Positions 36,497-50,400 of a stretch of DNA of 64,000 bases are shown one piece after another (the stretch's first letter is position 1; every line of letters begins with the position of its first letter). The notes below the pieces were generated by a model. That model did not search any database, was not told the origin of the DNA, and saw only the letters and a program-made list of their open reading frames with translations. The stretch comes from Dipteris shenzhenensis (lineage: Eukaryota), in NCBI GenBank assembly GCA_047967505.1, contig CM106538.1, one strand, 5' to 3'. The position numbers were made by a program, and so were the translations under genes.

Positions 36497-36897
36497 GCCA
36501 CATTTTTGCCTTGTACTATTTTTGGGACACCATGTGTCTGTCAAACTTATCGTAGTAAAGTTCTTGTACAAAAACAAAATTATTGGGCTTGAAAGAATTT
36601 ATAATTAGAAAAGATGCCATTTATGTTGTGGATGTACAGCCATTTATATTATGTAACGATTGCAACATTTGAAAGCATTTATCCAAGATTGCAACATGTA
36701 CATTTTACATAGCATATGTAACATCTTCATCTTTCATCGAGCATATTGCACGTAACATATGCATCTTGTGTCCTATCTCACATAAGATGAACTCAAAAAT
36801 GTTGAATTCGATGAATGCAGACTTTGCATATTGTACTCCAAGCATTTATCTATACTGTGCTATCCGAACTATAGTATTCGCACTATACTATCCAATA

Positions 36898-37816
36898 ATG
36901 TCACAAAAGGAGAGGATACTCCTCCTCCGCACAAGGAGGAGGATGTCTCCAGAAGAGCAGGCAAGCATTTATTGACACAAGAGGAGGCTAAAGAGGAGGC
37001 TCGATGTGACGAGCATCAATGGTTATAGTTCAAGCGGCTACGCAACGTTGCCAATGCAACACTCAAGCATGTGCTACAGACTATTGCGCATACATCCATG
37101 TACGCTCAACCTGGAGATCTGTATGTTTACTAATTCAATTTTTGTTTGAAGATATTGTCAATAAGTATCTAACTAGAATCAACACCATGTGCATTGGTTT
37201 TGTATGCATGCAATGGAAAGAAGTAAACAAGCTAGTCTCCAAACAAGAGCTCCAAGCAATCTAGCCCTTAGAGGCAGATGAAGAGGCAGCTTCAGCCAGT
37301 CAGGCGAGGAGATGCAAAAGAACAGAGGGAGATGGAAGCACCCCAACCGAAGCTTTAGACCAACACAGGAGGTGGAAGATAGCCAATTGCTGAGACGAAC
37401 GGATTCGGCAAAATGCTAGGCAAATCTACATTGAGGTATATGGAAAGCCCCCACACCATAATGAAGTGGTGATGTACGTGCACTTTATTAAGGGTATACA
37501 GGTGGACCTCTCCTCTTATAACGACAAGCATATGCGAGGTTGTACAGAAGCTGATCACAATTGTCCAAGGCATTGGAGGGTGCACATTTCAAGACCTCCG
37601 CCTCTACCTTGTGCCCACAATCTCCACGGACACCACATCTACATGTACGAGGATATGCACATCACCCATTTTTTGAAGTATCGCTCGTACATCACTCGGC
37701 TCACTTCACAACAGCTGGACCGCTATGCAGTCCTTCATAATCATTTGCACTATGCAATCCCTAAATCCATCACATGCAATCCTAAAGTCAGATGCCTCCA
37801 TCACATGCAATCCTAA
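36898..37816 (+). pseudogene. Degenerate homologue of orphan ORF2
   Basis: 37373-37530 reads WKIANC*DERIRQNARQIYIEVYGKPPHHNEVVMYVHFIKGIQVDLSSYNDKH, which aligns by eye to the 13434-14312 core. Confidence 0.55.
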
Positions 37817-37947
37817 AGTCATCAATTGGAATGGTTTCAATAGAATATTTCATGATAAATATTTTAAGGAAGGCTATATAAAGTAAACTTTAAAAGCATT
37901 TTCTATTTGCCATTGAAATATAATTATATGCACTTTCATCACAAGCG

Positions 37948-38007
<60 letters not shown>

Positions 38008-38374
38008 TAAAACTTATCTCTAAAGTCATTAAAGAAAAATGTTACCAAAGACAAGAAATTAAACTTTGCACATGCTTCTTCTACACGTCATCGCATAGGA
38101 TTATATTGCATATCAGACAGAGTGGTATGCCAGCTGCTGTGCTGTTGATCAATTGAACTTGGTCAAGAGCACAACAATTGGCATTACCACCCAGAAGCCT
38201 ATGCGATGGTGGCGACATGAAAGAAACAAAGCCCAAACCCTAAACACAAGATATTTACAATGCACAACAAGACAATTCTTATTCAACCCTAAACCACAAC
38301 CTGCAATCAAAAAACAAGAACACATTCAAAATACAATGAGACATTCAAAACCATATTGCCATCATTGCCACAAT

Positions 38375-40500
38375 TCACGAGTCACTATCCTCATCACGTT
38401 CGTCATCAATGTCTTCATATTCAGACCCATGTGAAAGGTGAATATTATTTCCTTCATCTTCATCAGCTTCATCCTCCTCATCGCTATCCTCCTCGGATGT
38501 TGCACCATCAGTCCTAGTTTCATCCTCTTCTTGAGGTTCTAGAATCTGCAACAATGGGACTGCTTCATATTGTATAGCATCAGGCCGGATATCATAGGTC
38601 CATTTTAGAACTTTCTCCTCATATCCCACATCTCCTAATGTTTCTAGGATTTTATGATTGGCATAGATGTACACTAACTTCTCAGCCCGATCCTCTAGAA
38701 GTCTATTTCATAAAGTACTATGAGTGTACTTGTAATGACTCCAGTTTCTTTCTAAGCCTGAGTTTGAGCATGTTTGAGAAAGAACCCTCATTGCAATTGG
38801 GCGTAGAAACTCACACGTGCCACCATTCATCATCCACCATTTCCAAGCAAATGTAGTTTCTGCCAGAAACAACCACTCCTTGCATCGATACTTGGCTAAT
38901 TCGTTACAACACTTTGCAAACTCATGGTTGTAGGCATAATACCATCGCACCACCTTATGAAATTCATGCATAACAATTGGGATCTCTTTGGGCTTCATAT
39001 TCCACCATTCGGGGTCTAAAAGGTACCCAACATTATGCAATGGATTATGAGCTTGCTCTCATCATAGCCTAAACAATTGCCATAATTCCTTGTGTTTTGT
39101 AGCATTAAATGGTCTTCTCTCATTCTCTTGGCCCCGGAGAGTAGGGGGATTCCTCGCAATAAGAGCTTGCTCAATACTCCAAAAGTGCATCCGTGCTTTT
39201 CTGATTGTTGGAGACTTTGAGTCTAAAGCCCTAAGCACATATAAAACAGGTTTCATAGCATTAGCAGCATCCTCAAACTGTTTCCATAATGCAAGGGATC
39301 CCAATGTTTCTTTCAAGTCATGCATTTTCTCCTTTGTTGCCCTATCGGTCAACTCTGACATCCATCATTCAAATGCATCACAATGAAATGTCTCTATAAG
39401 AAAACTCCTATTTTCACTAGTGATTGCAAAGTGCAGAAGTACGTAGCAAATCTCATGGTTGCAGGCAATTGCAACATGGTAGTACCATCTAGAGACATAA
39501 AGATTGCTTCAAGATGTTGCTTTGATCGTACTAACTTGATGACGTCTCAAGCCTCACAAACAATCTCTTTGAACCATGGCACTTGTTTATACCAATCTTT
39601 CAATGCAAGATTTAAAGTATGCGTACAGCATGAAGATGCATATAAATTGCTATACTCCCTTCGCAATATTCTACCTGCCTTTTTACAACTCTTGGCATTA
39701 TCCATGACAACCTGAACAACCTTTTCAGGGCTTAAATCTCTTAAAACCTTTAATCAATTGATGTGTGGAAGGCCTCCCGACATGGTGATATAACCATCAC
39801 ATTCAATAAAGCATGGTGTTTTATGCTTGTCCACCCATCTGAGACAATTGTGCATCTGGTGTTATGCAATTGCTCGAAAATGCTACGATTTATGTGCTCT
39901 TTCTCTTCTGCATATGCCTTATCTAACAATGACATATGCAATGTGTGGTAAGAAGGCGGCTTTGAAGCCCGGCCCATAGTTAGCAATGCAATTCCATGCA
40001 GCTCTCATATCATCATTTATCGACCATACTCAATGGATATCCTAACTGCAAGATTGATCTACCAAGTACATATTGTGCATTCTCCAAATCTTGAACCTGG
40101 AGGCTCTCAACTATTATGGGTTGCCTCAAGTTAGGAGTAGCAGTTGTTGCTAATCTAGCTTCAGGAGCCATAGGTGGCGATCTATCTTGCATGCTAGTGT
40201 CCACATAAGGAGTTCTGGCATGGGAGTGTGCAACACTTGTACTTCCATCACCATGTATGCTTATAGACTCTACTCCACTTATACCTTGACTTTTCCAAAT
40301 CAATCTTCTTTGTATTTTTCCAGAACCTTTCAACAACTTCTCTATCAAGGTGTGAGCTACTCACGAGCTACTGTAGCAGCTCCTGGGTTTGCACAACATT
40401 GAATGCCTTTCTTGAGTCACCAAGCAAGTGGCCCCTTATGCTAGGTGCTCCCCTAGAATTTTGTATTCCACAATACTTGCATTTCCACTCAATGTAGTCA
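38375..40500 (-). pseudogene. hAT transposase with BED zinc finger, DUF659 and dimerisation domain
   Basis: WKCKYCG...RGHLLG (BED, ~40400-40495), KPPSYHTL, CTIVSDGWT, VMDNA, CCTHTLNL, LDPEW, WKWWMMNGG...MRVLSQTCSNSGLERNWS, acidic C-terminus. Confidence 0.92.
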
Positions 40501-40524
40501 CGAACAAGGATTGCATATTCATGT

Positions 40525-41405
40525 AATCTCCTCTCTTTTCCTCTTCCATCCTCTCTTTTTTTCTCTCTTCTCTTCTCTTCTCTCTTTTCCTCTTTTCACC
40601 CCTCTCTTATTTCCTCTCTCATCCCCTCTCTTGTGCTCTCTCCTTTCTTTTCCTCTCTTCTCCCCTCTCTTCTATTTCCCCCCCTCTTTCTCGCCTCTCT
40701 TTTCCTCTTCCATTCCCTCTTTTTCTTCACTCCTCTCTTCCCTTTGGGAGGTCACTCAATAATAAATGCGACTATCATGTGAGTTCAACATAATGACATA
40801 TTTAATTCCAGATTTTCTCACATTTTCACATAAAGAAGGGTGCTGGAAAAAGGATTTTGGAAAAACATTTACAGATTGAATAGGAAAAGGGTGCATTTTA
40901 ATAACAAAAAATTCATAGATAAGGGGTTTAAAAATAGGCCTTGAGCACATGCGATATATAGGGTTCATATATAGTGATACCCCTGAGTCTCTTTCTCCTT
41001 TCTCTTATTTTCACATTCTCTTATCCCTATTCTCTTATTTTCACATCCTCTTTCTCCCCTCTCTCTTTCTCTCTCTTTTCCTCTCTTTTCTCTTAGTTCC
41101 CTCCCTCTTTTCCCCTCTCTTTTCCTCTTCAATCCTCTCTCTTCCCCTTCCACCCTCTCTTTTCCTTCACTCCTCTCTTTCCCCTTTTTCTTATTTTCAT
41201 ATCCTATTTCTCCCTTTCTCTTTCTCTCTCTTTTCCTCCCTTTTCTCTCTATTCCCTCCCTCTTTTTCTCTTCCATCCTCTCTTTTCCCCTCTATATTCT
41301 CCCTCTTTCCCCTCTCTTTTCCTCTTCCATCTTCTCTTTTTCCCTCTCTCTTCTCCCCTCCCTCTCTTTCCCCTCTCTTTTCCTCTCATTTCTCCCCTCT
41401 CTTTC
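40525..41405. repeat. Polypyrimidine (CT-rich) low-complexity tracts
   Basis: 40525-40745 and 40990-41405 are almost entirely C/T. Confidence 0.9.
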
Positions 41406-42409
41406 CAAATAACAAATAACAAATAGAAAAGAGAGGGATACAACATAGACCATAACAAATATCCAAGAGGGGTTATAACAAATATCCAAGAGAGGGCTCC
41501 CTCTCATATACTAGAGAATATAATTACATTCTCCAAATCAGAGTACTTTATAAACTGTAATTACATTCTTCATCGTTTGGTCTTCGATGAAGTGCTACCT
41601 TCTCCTTTGTCATCTCTCTTCTTCTTCTTATCCTTCACCTCTTTTTTATTTTGCTCCTTAGCCCAAGGAGCTTCCTTGGGTGTTTGGCTTTCCTCTTGGA
41701 TCAAGCTGAGCATCTCCTCAATAGAATCCTCCAAGATCTTCCAATTGGTCTTGTCTTGGTCAAAATGATCCTTGCCCTCGGCATGTGCATGTGGACATAA
41801 ATGCGCTACAGAGAGCGATGGCACATCTACCTCCAAAATACATGCATTGTTGTGATTATACTATCATGCTCATGTGTTCGATGGCTATGATACTTTTTGC
41901 AACTCTTGATAACCAAGGCCCATATGCTAACAAACTTTGGTGGTATTATAATATCTTTTTTTCATAAGACATGCTATCTCTGTGTTTTTATCATGTACCA
42001 TGCATAAATGCTCCAAAAAATATGCATTGTTGTGCATGCGTCTACGATCATATATATGTGTTTGATGGATACAATACTTTGAGAAAGTATTTAAATAACA
42101 AATATCCCAATTTGGTTGGATTTTGATATCATTTGTGTCATTAGGCATGCATATTTTCGTGTATTTTAATCATGTACCATGCATAAGTGCTCCAAAAAAG
42201 GATATCATTTGAAATTTTGTTACACAATAGAACTGAAGATCCCCAAAAGGCACATTGAATGGAAAAATATAATATCTTTATTTATGTATTTATTTATTTA
42301 TATCCAAGAGAAAATCTGATGGAGCCATGAGAAACATCATGAGGAGCTCTGATATACAAAAATGCAAAGTCATGTTAACCCAATGCATCTAAGTTTCGTG
42401 CTTGCTCAC

Positions 42410-43410
42410 ACGACCGATCAATTTTTGATGTGCATGAAGCTTTGCAAGGACATGAATTTGAATATGAATAGGAGATATGGAAATTTTGTTTCCAATCCGA
42501 TACTGGGACATGCAGCAATAATTGGTCAATGTGTATTTTTATTATACCTAGGCCCTCTTACATAGAAAAGTTGGGCATTTTGACTTCCCATGATTCCAAT
42601 TGATGTCTGATGCCCATGAAACTATGTAAGCAAATGTAGCTAATTATGAATAAGATTTTATGAACTTTGGTACCAATCTGATACTTTAATATGCAGCTAT
42701 GATTTACCAATGCAAATGTTTTGTACGTGTATCCACCTGCATGTACAAGAATTCAGCATTTTGATTTTCTTTACTTCCAATCAATGTTTGATATACATGA
42801 AAATTTGAAAGATCATGAAATTGACCATCAATAAGAGGCATGCGAATTTGTTTCTAGTTGGATACTTTGACATGTGGTTACGGTCGATAGATGCATGTTT
42901 TTCCTACATAGTAGTGCCAACACGTACAAAAATGGGCCATTTTGATTTTCCACCCTTCCATTTGGTGTTTTATGCACATGAAACCTTGCAAGTGAATGTA
43001 AATGATTAGAAATGAGAGTCATGCAAATTTTGGCACTAATCGGATACTTGGATGTGTGGCAATATTCTACCTTTTTCTTATATAGAGGCACCCACACGTA
43101 GAAAAATGGGCCACTTTGATTGCCCACCCTTCCAATCGATGTTCGATGTGCATGAGACCTTATAAATACATTCAAATGACCAATAAATTAGAGTTGTGCA
43201 AAGTGTGATTCCAATACCATACTTAGACATGCAACTATGATCCACCTATGCTTATCTTTTCTACATAGAGGCACCCACATGTACAAAAATGGACGCTTTT
43301 GATTGCCCACTATTCCAGTTGGTGTCCAATGCACATGAAACTGCATAGTCACATGAAAATGACCAAATATAAGATCCATTTTTGTTCCAATTCCATTCTT
43401 AGACATGCAA
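42410..43410. repeat. Degenerate ~180-bp tandem repeat, about 5.5 units
   Basis: The anchor ttccaatt(g)atgt...tgcacatgaaac recurs near 42415, 42595, 42775, 42955, 43130 and 43312. Confidence 0.8.
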
Positions 43411-44579
43411 GTTTGACTACTTACTAGGGAAAATTTGTGTGAAGTGGAACAATGATCGGTTCTTGGTGGATATGTTAGGAAGCCTCACTATGGAAGAATA
43501 TAAATTATTGACTTGGTTGCGACCACTATTTGGTCTATTATATCATTTTCCTTCACCAACTGCTATGTGATAAATCCCCCTTCCTCCCAACTTGATATTC
43601 AAAAACTATCACTGGGAATTCATCATTGATAGCATATGATTAGGAGAATTATTGAGTTGAGAGTGATCCTTATCAGAGAATCCACATGATTGAGGCCCAA
43701 ACTCCCTACTACCATAGGGTTTCCTCAATCTACATTGTCAAATACCATTTAAGACTCAATGCATGGCTTCATAGTTACAAAGAAAATGTCATAATTAGTT
43801 AGCTTTAAAAGAAAAATACAAACACATAACAAAGATCCTTAAGGGGAGCCGCAGAGAGAGAAAGCAATGATAAGGGAGTGACGAGGCCTAGTAGAGTGGA
43901 AGGAGGGGAATGACAAGAAGGGAGTGGTGTGAGAAGGGATAAGCAGGGGAGTGGGGTGAGACAAAGAAGAGAGGAGGGGAGAATTTAAAGATTGAGGGAG
44001 GATGAGGCAGAGAAGGGAAAAGGAAAGAATCAAATGTACAAAAGCTGAGGAGGATAAAGCAGATAGGGTGATAGGGGATGTGATTGGCAGTGCAGATTGT
44101 AGAATAAAGGAGAGTGGATGCAATAAAGTTTCTTGGAATATTGTTTCAAAATATATTGGCTTGTGCGATATATATAATTTTTTGAATAGAAGTGAATGTG
44201 AATGTAGCTTGTTTGTTCCCTGAATTCTTTTACAGATCTTGAATGAGTGCCCTAATATGATTTGTAATGTGTTTAGGAAACCCATCTAGTAGTGAGGAGG
44301 AGGAAAGTACCTCGGATAGTAATGTAGAGCAATAGACCTCCTCCTCTCTTTTGGAATTTTTGGAGAATGTTTCTTTTGGAGACAAATTTTGTTTAAGAAT
44401 ACTATTTTTGCGAGAATTTTTGTATATGAAAACTCTTTTGGATATACATTTTGTACCTGAACACTCTTCTAGACCCAAATTTGGTATATGAATACTCTTT
44501 TGGATACATATGGTAATGTAACTTATGGAGATATATGATAATATATGATGAAGCCTTAAGTAGATTTTCTTTTCATAGT

Positions 44580-47400
44580 TTTAGTAAATTGAACTTGAGT
44601 TTTAAGTAGTAAATTGTCTTTTAAGTAAAGTGTAAGTATTGTCTTTAAAGTAAACTATCTTTCCACTTCTTACCCACTCTTTTGTTTGTGTTTGTTTTCT
44701 TGTTTGTGTCTATGTTTGTCCAATCCCCCCAAATTAGACATGTTAGCACGTTGCATGTTTGGAGAGTACGGACCCTATGTTCATGGGGCCCCTCATAGGA
44801 GGAGACATTTTGTGACAAAAAATGTAAATACAGTTTGCTGTACATGAGATGTGCTTGGAGTGAGCAGGGAGCTATATAGTGTGCAGTGGGTGTAGTTTTT
44901 TACAGTGTGACAACACCAAAATGTAAATGTAGGAGAGAGAAAGTAGAGAGAGGTAGTATTAATATTGTGGATAATCGGTGGGAAATTTGATACTAAGTGC
45001 TTGTGGTGTGCATTAGTGTGCAAAAAGTCTAAGTGTGGTGCATTAAATGCCTTAGTCTAGGTTTTGTGGGGAAACTTGGGAGTGGTAAAAAGGCAAAAAT
45101 GAGGTGGCTACTCAAGATGACGTGGCTAATTATGAGAGAAGGAGGACATGCATGCTCCATAAAGAAGGAAAGGGATCTTCTGGATGGCGAGTTGTAGCTA
45201 CATGGAGATGGCGGCTTGCAGAGTATCTTAGAAGGGGATCGTCTAGATAGAGCAAAAGTGTTACTATCTACACAAGCTGTGTGCCTAGTCTTAAAAAAAC
45301 CACGAGGCCATGATCATCATGTGAAGTAGAGGCACGGGCTATGGCACTTGTTAGAGGAGGAGGATGATTGTGCAAGGGGAGGGTGAGCTTCGGGGGGCTG
45401 TTGGGCTACAATATGTATTGGAGGCTTGTGAGCGACAGGGAGTCTAACGATGTGTGTGGCTGGAGCTTTTTGTGAAAAGGTTGGTGCTACTCTCTAGCAG
45501 GTAGTTTGCCTTGGAAGGAGGTACATGGCTATGGTGTAGCTACTGTGTAGTGGGAGAGCTTTGCAAGAGACAGATGGTGTGAGAGTAGAGGAGAGGGTCT
45601 AGTTGATGGAAGCTATGACACTATGTGGGGATCTTAGACGACGAGCAAGGAAGCTTGGATCCTGATGGGAGGTCAACTGCTGCTTGTGTGGAGCATTCTC
45701 TATGAGGTGAGGCTACTGTGTGGGGGGGATGGATCATAGGAGAAAGGATTGTGGATGTGGAGAGTTGAAGGTCCTTGGATGATAGATGCATGTGCACTAG
45801 GATTAGGAGAGTAAGTCCGGGGCTCTCAGTCTTCATGGATTGATGATAGGTAGTTACTTTGAGGTCAGTGACTTACTAGATAGAGGTGGGATTGCTACTA
45901 AGAGTTCTGGGTTACCTTGCATGAAGGAAGACATGTGTGCCTAGTCCTAGAGAGGAACCATGACATTAAGGCAACTTGACCAAAGTTCGTTGGCTGGTGT
46001 AAGAGAAGCGGCAACTAGAGGCTATCATAGCATGAAGAGGTGAGAGATAACGGAGGTGGTACATCAAGAGAACAGATGGGATATAGATGTATAGAGGCTA
46101 ACAGACGGGTCAATGAGTAGAAATGGGTCGAAGGCCTTGGCTATGAGCATGGATTGGAGAGGTCAACTGTTGATAGACAGGAAGCTTCTTGAAGGAGAGT
46201 GGAATCCCAATTGTGTGGCCTGGGAGAAGCTATAGATGCTTAGGAGATTGCCAGTAGCACTTGCTGGAGAGCTTAGAGAGTGAAATTCCAGCGAGAAGAG
46301 CTGAATTTGCACTAAGACAAAAGCTGTAGGCAACAAGAACCAGTGGCTGCAGTAAAAAATAGCCAACAAGTGACATCCAGAAGGCTTTTAAAAAAGAGAC
46401 TCAGTGGAGACCAGGAAGCTAAAACTAAGGAGGAAGTTTGAGGAGAAGAAGATATGTTTATAGTGTTTGAGATGCACCCTGATGTAGAAGAAATTTAGTA
46501 TCCTACAAGGTGGCAAGTAGAGGTGGTTCATAAAAGCTTTATTGAGGATCAGTGGACACTCATTATATAGGTGACAGACAAAGTGGTAGCAGGGTTGAGT
46601 TTCCCAACTGAAGAGTGGCTTGAAGAGCTTTTCGTACAGGATGAGGAGTGGGATGAACTGATTTTCCCTGATGAAGAGGATTTTCATGATGAGCTATATT
46701 CTATTAGCTTGTGTACAAACGAAGATTTTGAAAAACTTTGAATAAAGTGTATATTTTGTATTTTGAAAAACTTTGAATAAAGTGTATATTTTGTATGTGT
46801 TTTTGGATTTTTTGGCTTGGAATGTGGATGTAGAGAGTTATGAAGGCGTGTATTGCTCTATTGTTTTAGTCCTTCCATTTTTTTGGTGCCTCCATGGAGG
46901 AGTTTACTTTAGTTTATGATACTAAAAGAGTAGATGTTATGAGATGTCTTACAAGCAATGGGGAGGAATCTGGACATGAGAGTGATTCACTGTGAGTGGT
47001 GCGGAGGGTGTGGTCATAGGAAGGATAGATGCATTGAAGTCCAGCTACATGTGATATGACTCAATGCCAGAGTGCAGAGAGCTCTAAAAGTGCTTGCCCA
47101 CATAAGAAAGAATGCCCTTTGGATGCACAGTGAGCTTCTTCAGTAGTGTGATTGCTTTGTTGCTTTCTAGTTTTTGTTTTGGTTGAGATAGGATAGAGTG
47201 TGCTAGTTGTAGGATTGTGAGGATGGCAGACTTTCCAGAGTTTTGGGGACTTCCGTATGAAAATGCAACCAGGTTTCTAGAAAAGATGGAAATTGTATCC
47301 TTGATGAAGGATAGGTGAGCACCAGAGATTTTATTTCAGATCATGAGATATTGTTTACACGGAGATGTGAAAGCTTGGTTGTAGACCTAAGTCACTACTT
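44580..47400 (+). mobile_element. Retrotransposon LTR/5' region with the start of a gag ORF, interrupted by the copia element
   Basis: 44580-44805 matches 59575-59795. 46220-46385 and 46660-46880 match 51850-52200. Gag-like MADFPEFWGLPYENATRFLEKMEI...CLHGDVKAW at 47223. Confidence 0.6.
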
Positions 47401-47407
47401 TAAAGAC

Positions 47408-50400
47408 TGTTGATCTTCAGTAGCAAAATCTGGAGTATACAGTGGTGAGAGCAACCTTCCTTACATGGTTTGTGTAAGAAAGCAATACAACATCTGTGCT
47501 CAACAGATAACAAGATCTCGTACACAAGAGAGAAAAGTAGATAGTATGGAGAATCAAAAATTTGATTGCTGTAAACCTGATACAATAGATGGTGCTACCT
47601 CCCAACCATGCGCTCCTATGAAAGAAGCTTCGCTGGTGAGCTGGAAATAGTAGAGGACGGAGGCTGGATGCTAAGGAATCAGGGTTGCTGTAGCCAATGA
47701 TGAAATGGGCTTCATGGGCTTGCTCTTATATAGCCACCAGTCGTAGTCGATTAGTCTCAATTGGGCCGACTGGGCTGCCCAAAATGGTCGACTGGGGGTC
47801 GGTTCTGAAATAGCCACTGACCACACGATAGAACTGATGCGCAAAATAGACCAGCTAACCTACGGTCTCCGTTCAGCCTAGAGCCATCCGAGATCATCTA
47901 AGGATCCAAATGGGCCCCGCAACTCGAGAGTGGGTTGCCTTGATAAATGCTCCATCTACCCTCAGTGCGGTCAATCATGGAATGCCTTCTCGTACTTGCA
48001 TGTAGCCTAGTTGGCAATGTGCCAACTCCGTCCAGCCATCAAGCCATACATGGCCCCCATCTGGTGTCCAAACCAGGACCTACTGGATAACCGAGCTACT
48101 CAAATGCCTTCTCCTCATATGGGGGGCTTACAAGTAGAGTTAGCTGGTTCCAGCATAGTTCCACGAGAGTGGAGCATTGATATCTAATACCCCCCCTCAA
48201 TGTCCACTTGCAAGTGAACTTACTTTTTCGGCCTAATGCCCCCCTAATGCCAAGTCAATGAAGATGCCTCTCCAGCAAGTCTCTTCTAAGAGACTTTGTG
48301 AAGATGTCCGTAGCATTCTCTGTAGTCGAACAGTACACCAAGTTGACCTCTCCTTCCATGATGAGCTCACATACAAAGTGATATTGAATCTCAATGTGTT
48401 TTGTGCAAGCGTGGAACACAGGGTTCTTTGCAATCGCCATGCAACTTTGATTGTCACATGATAACTGTGTAGGCTTGTTCTGCACTGCACCCATGTCCCC
48501 TAAAATCCTCCTCAACCACACTGCCTCGCAAGAAGCAAAGCATGCTGGTTTGTACTCAACCTCGATAGAAGAAAGAGCAACTGTGGGTTGCTTCTTGTTG
48601 ACCCATGACACAACTCTAGATCTAAGTGAGAAACAGTAACCTGTCACTGATGTCCTGCTGTCCACGTCTCCTGCCCAATCCGAGTGCATCCTTGCCGTCC
48701 AATGGTTCTCCCGGGGCTTATTGGAAAACCTACTTAGTACACCAGTTGCAAAGCTGATGTCCAACCGCATGTTGCACAAGTAAATCAAGCTACCTACAAG
48801 CCTTCTGTACTTCACTTCATCCACCAGTGGTGATGAATCCTTGTTTGAGAGCTTCACATGAACCTCCATAGGGGTGCCAACTTCAACCATGCCAAATGCC
48901 TTCAGTATCTCTCCAGCATACTTCAGCTGTGAAATGAAGATCTGTTTTGGCTCTTGCCAAACTTGAATCCCCAAACAGAAATGCATCAGTCCGAGGTCTG
49001 TCATTTCAAACTCTCTTCCTAACAACTTCTTTGTCTGCGAGATCTTCTCTTCATGGTCCCCTGTTATGACAAGGTCATCCACATAAAGGACCATGATCAT
49101 ACACCTGCCTCCTTCTCTGAAGATATACAAATTTGCATCATATGGGCTCCTCCTGAACCCGTTTTGTAGAAAGTAGGCATCAATTCACTGGTACCATGCT
49201 TGTGGGGCTTGTTTTAGCTTGTAAAGTGCCTTCTTCAGTTTACAGACTTTACCTTCTGAACCGGGGATCTCAAAACCTGGTGGTTGTTCCACGTATACCT
49301 CCTCCTTGAGATCTCCATTCAGAAAGGTGGATTTTACATCCATCTGAAATGCGGGCCAACTTCTCTGGGCAACTAAAGCTAAAACACTGCGAATTGTGGT
49401 TAGTCAAGCTGTGGGAGAAAAAGTATCCTGATAATCAAAACCATGTACCTGTGCGAATCCTTTTGCCATGAGCCAAGCCTTGTACTTATCCAATGTGCGG
49501 TCGGACTTGTACTTGGTCTTGTACACCCACTTGGTGCCGATTACCTTGCATTTTGGTGGTCGATCCACATGGTCCCAAGTGTTGTTCTGCATTATGGAGC
49601 CATATTTTGACTGCATAGCCTCCATCCACCTATTATCACCCTGTGCCTCTTCAAGACACTTGGGTTCATCAGCACGGATCACCTCTGTCATCAAAGCATA
49701 GTTGACCAAGTGTTCTTGCGCCCTTCTTTGCTTCTCTAATCTCTTGGACCGGCGGTGTTCGGATGGTTCCTCCTCAATGGCTGGAGGTTCTCTGCCATCC
49801 AAAAGCTACTTTACCCACTTCAGGAATAGTTGTTGCCATTGTGGTTCTGCAAGCTCTTCTTCCTCTTCTTTATCTTGAATCCTCCCAAGCACTATTGGGG
49901 GAGTTCGGTCTGCTCTTGGTGGTTGTACTGGATGGATATCCTGGTCCTGGTTGTCTGGGAAGGAAGCATCCTCCTCTAATTGATGTGGCTATTTTGAGAA
50001 GACCACATCACGACTTACTATTACCTTCTTGGTAACAGGGTTATAGAGACGGTAACCCTTCGCCTCTTCATTGTAGCCTAAGAAAATACACTTCCGGCTC
50101 TTCAGTTCCCATTTGGTCCTGTTAGCATCAGGGACATGCACAAAACAGTCACATCCAAAAACTCTGAAATGTGCAGCTGAAGGTTTCTTACTAGAAAAGG
50201 CCTGCAGTGGAGTCATCCTATTCACAGCCTTCATGTAGCTATGATTCAGAATGTAAACTGCTGTGTTACATGCTTTAGCCAAGAAAGTCTTTGGCAAATC
50301 TTTCCCTTTCATCATACTCCTGCCCATTTTGCAGATGACACACATCTTGCATTCTGCTACTCCATTTTGTTGTGATGTATGTGGCAGGGGTTTCTGCCTC

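Larger units (their letters stand above)
35010..40520 (-). mobile_element. Kinase-carrying hAT transposon, copy 2 (ends not defined)
   Basis: Same gene order and orientation as 9988-16370. Confidence 0.6.

Noticed and set aside
40511-41507. Phe/Ser/Leu- or Arg/Glu-rich ORFs
   Set aside because: Artefacts of the CT-rich tracts.
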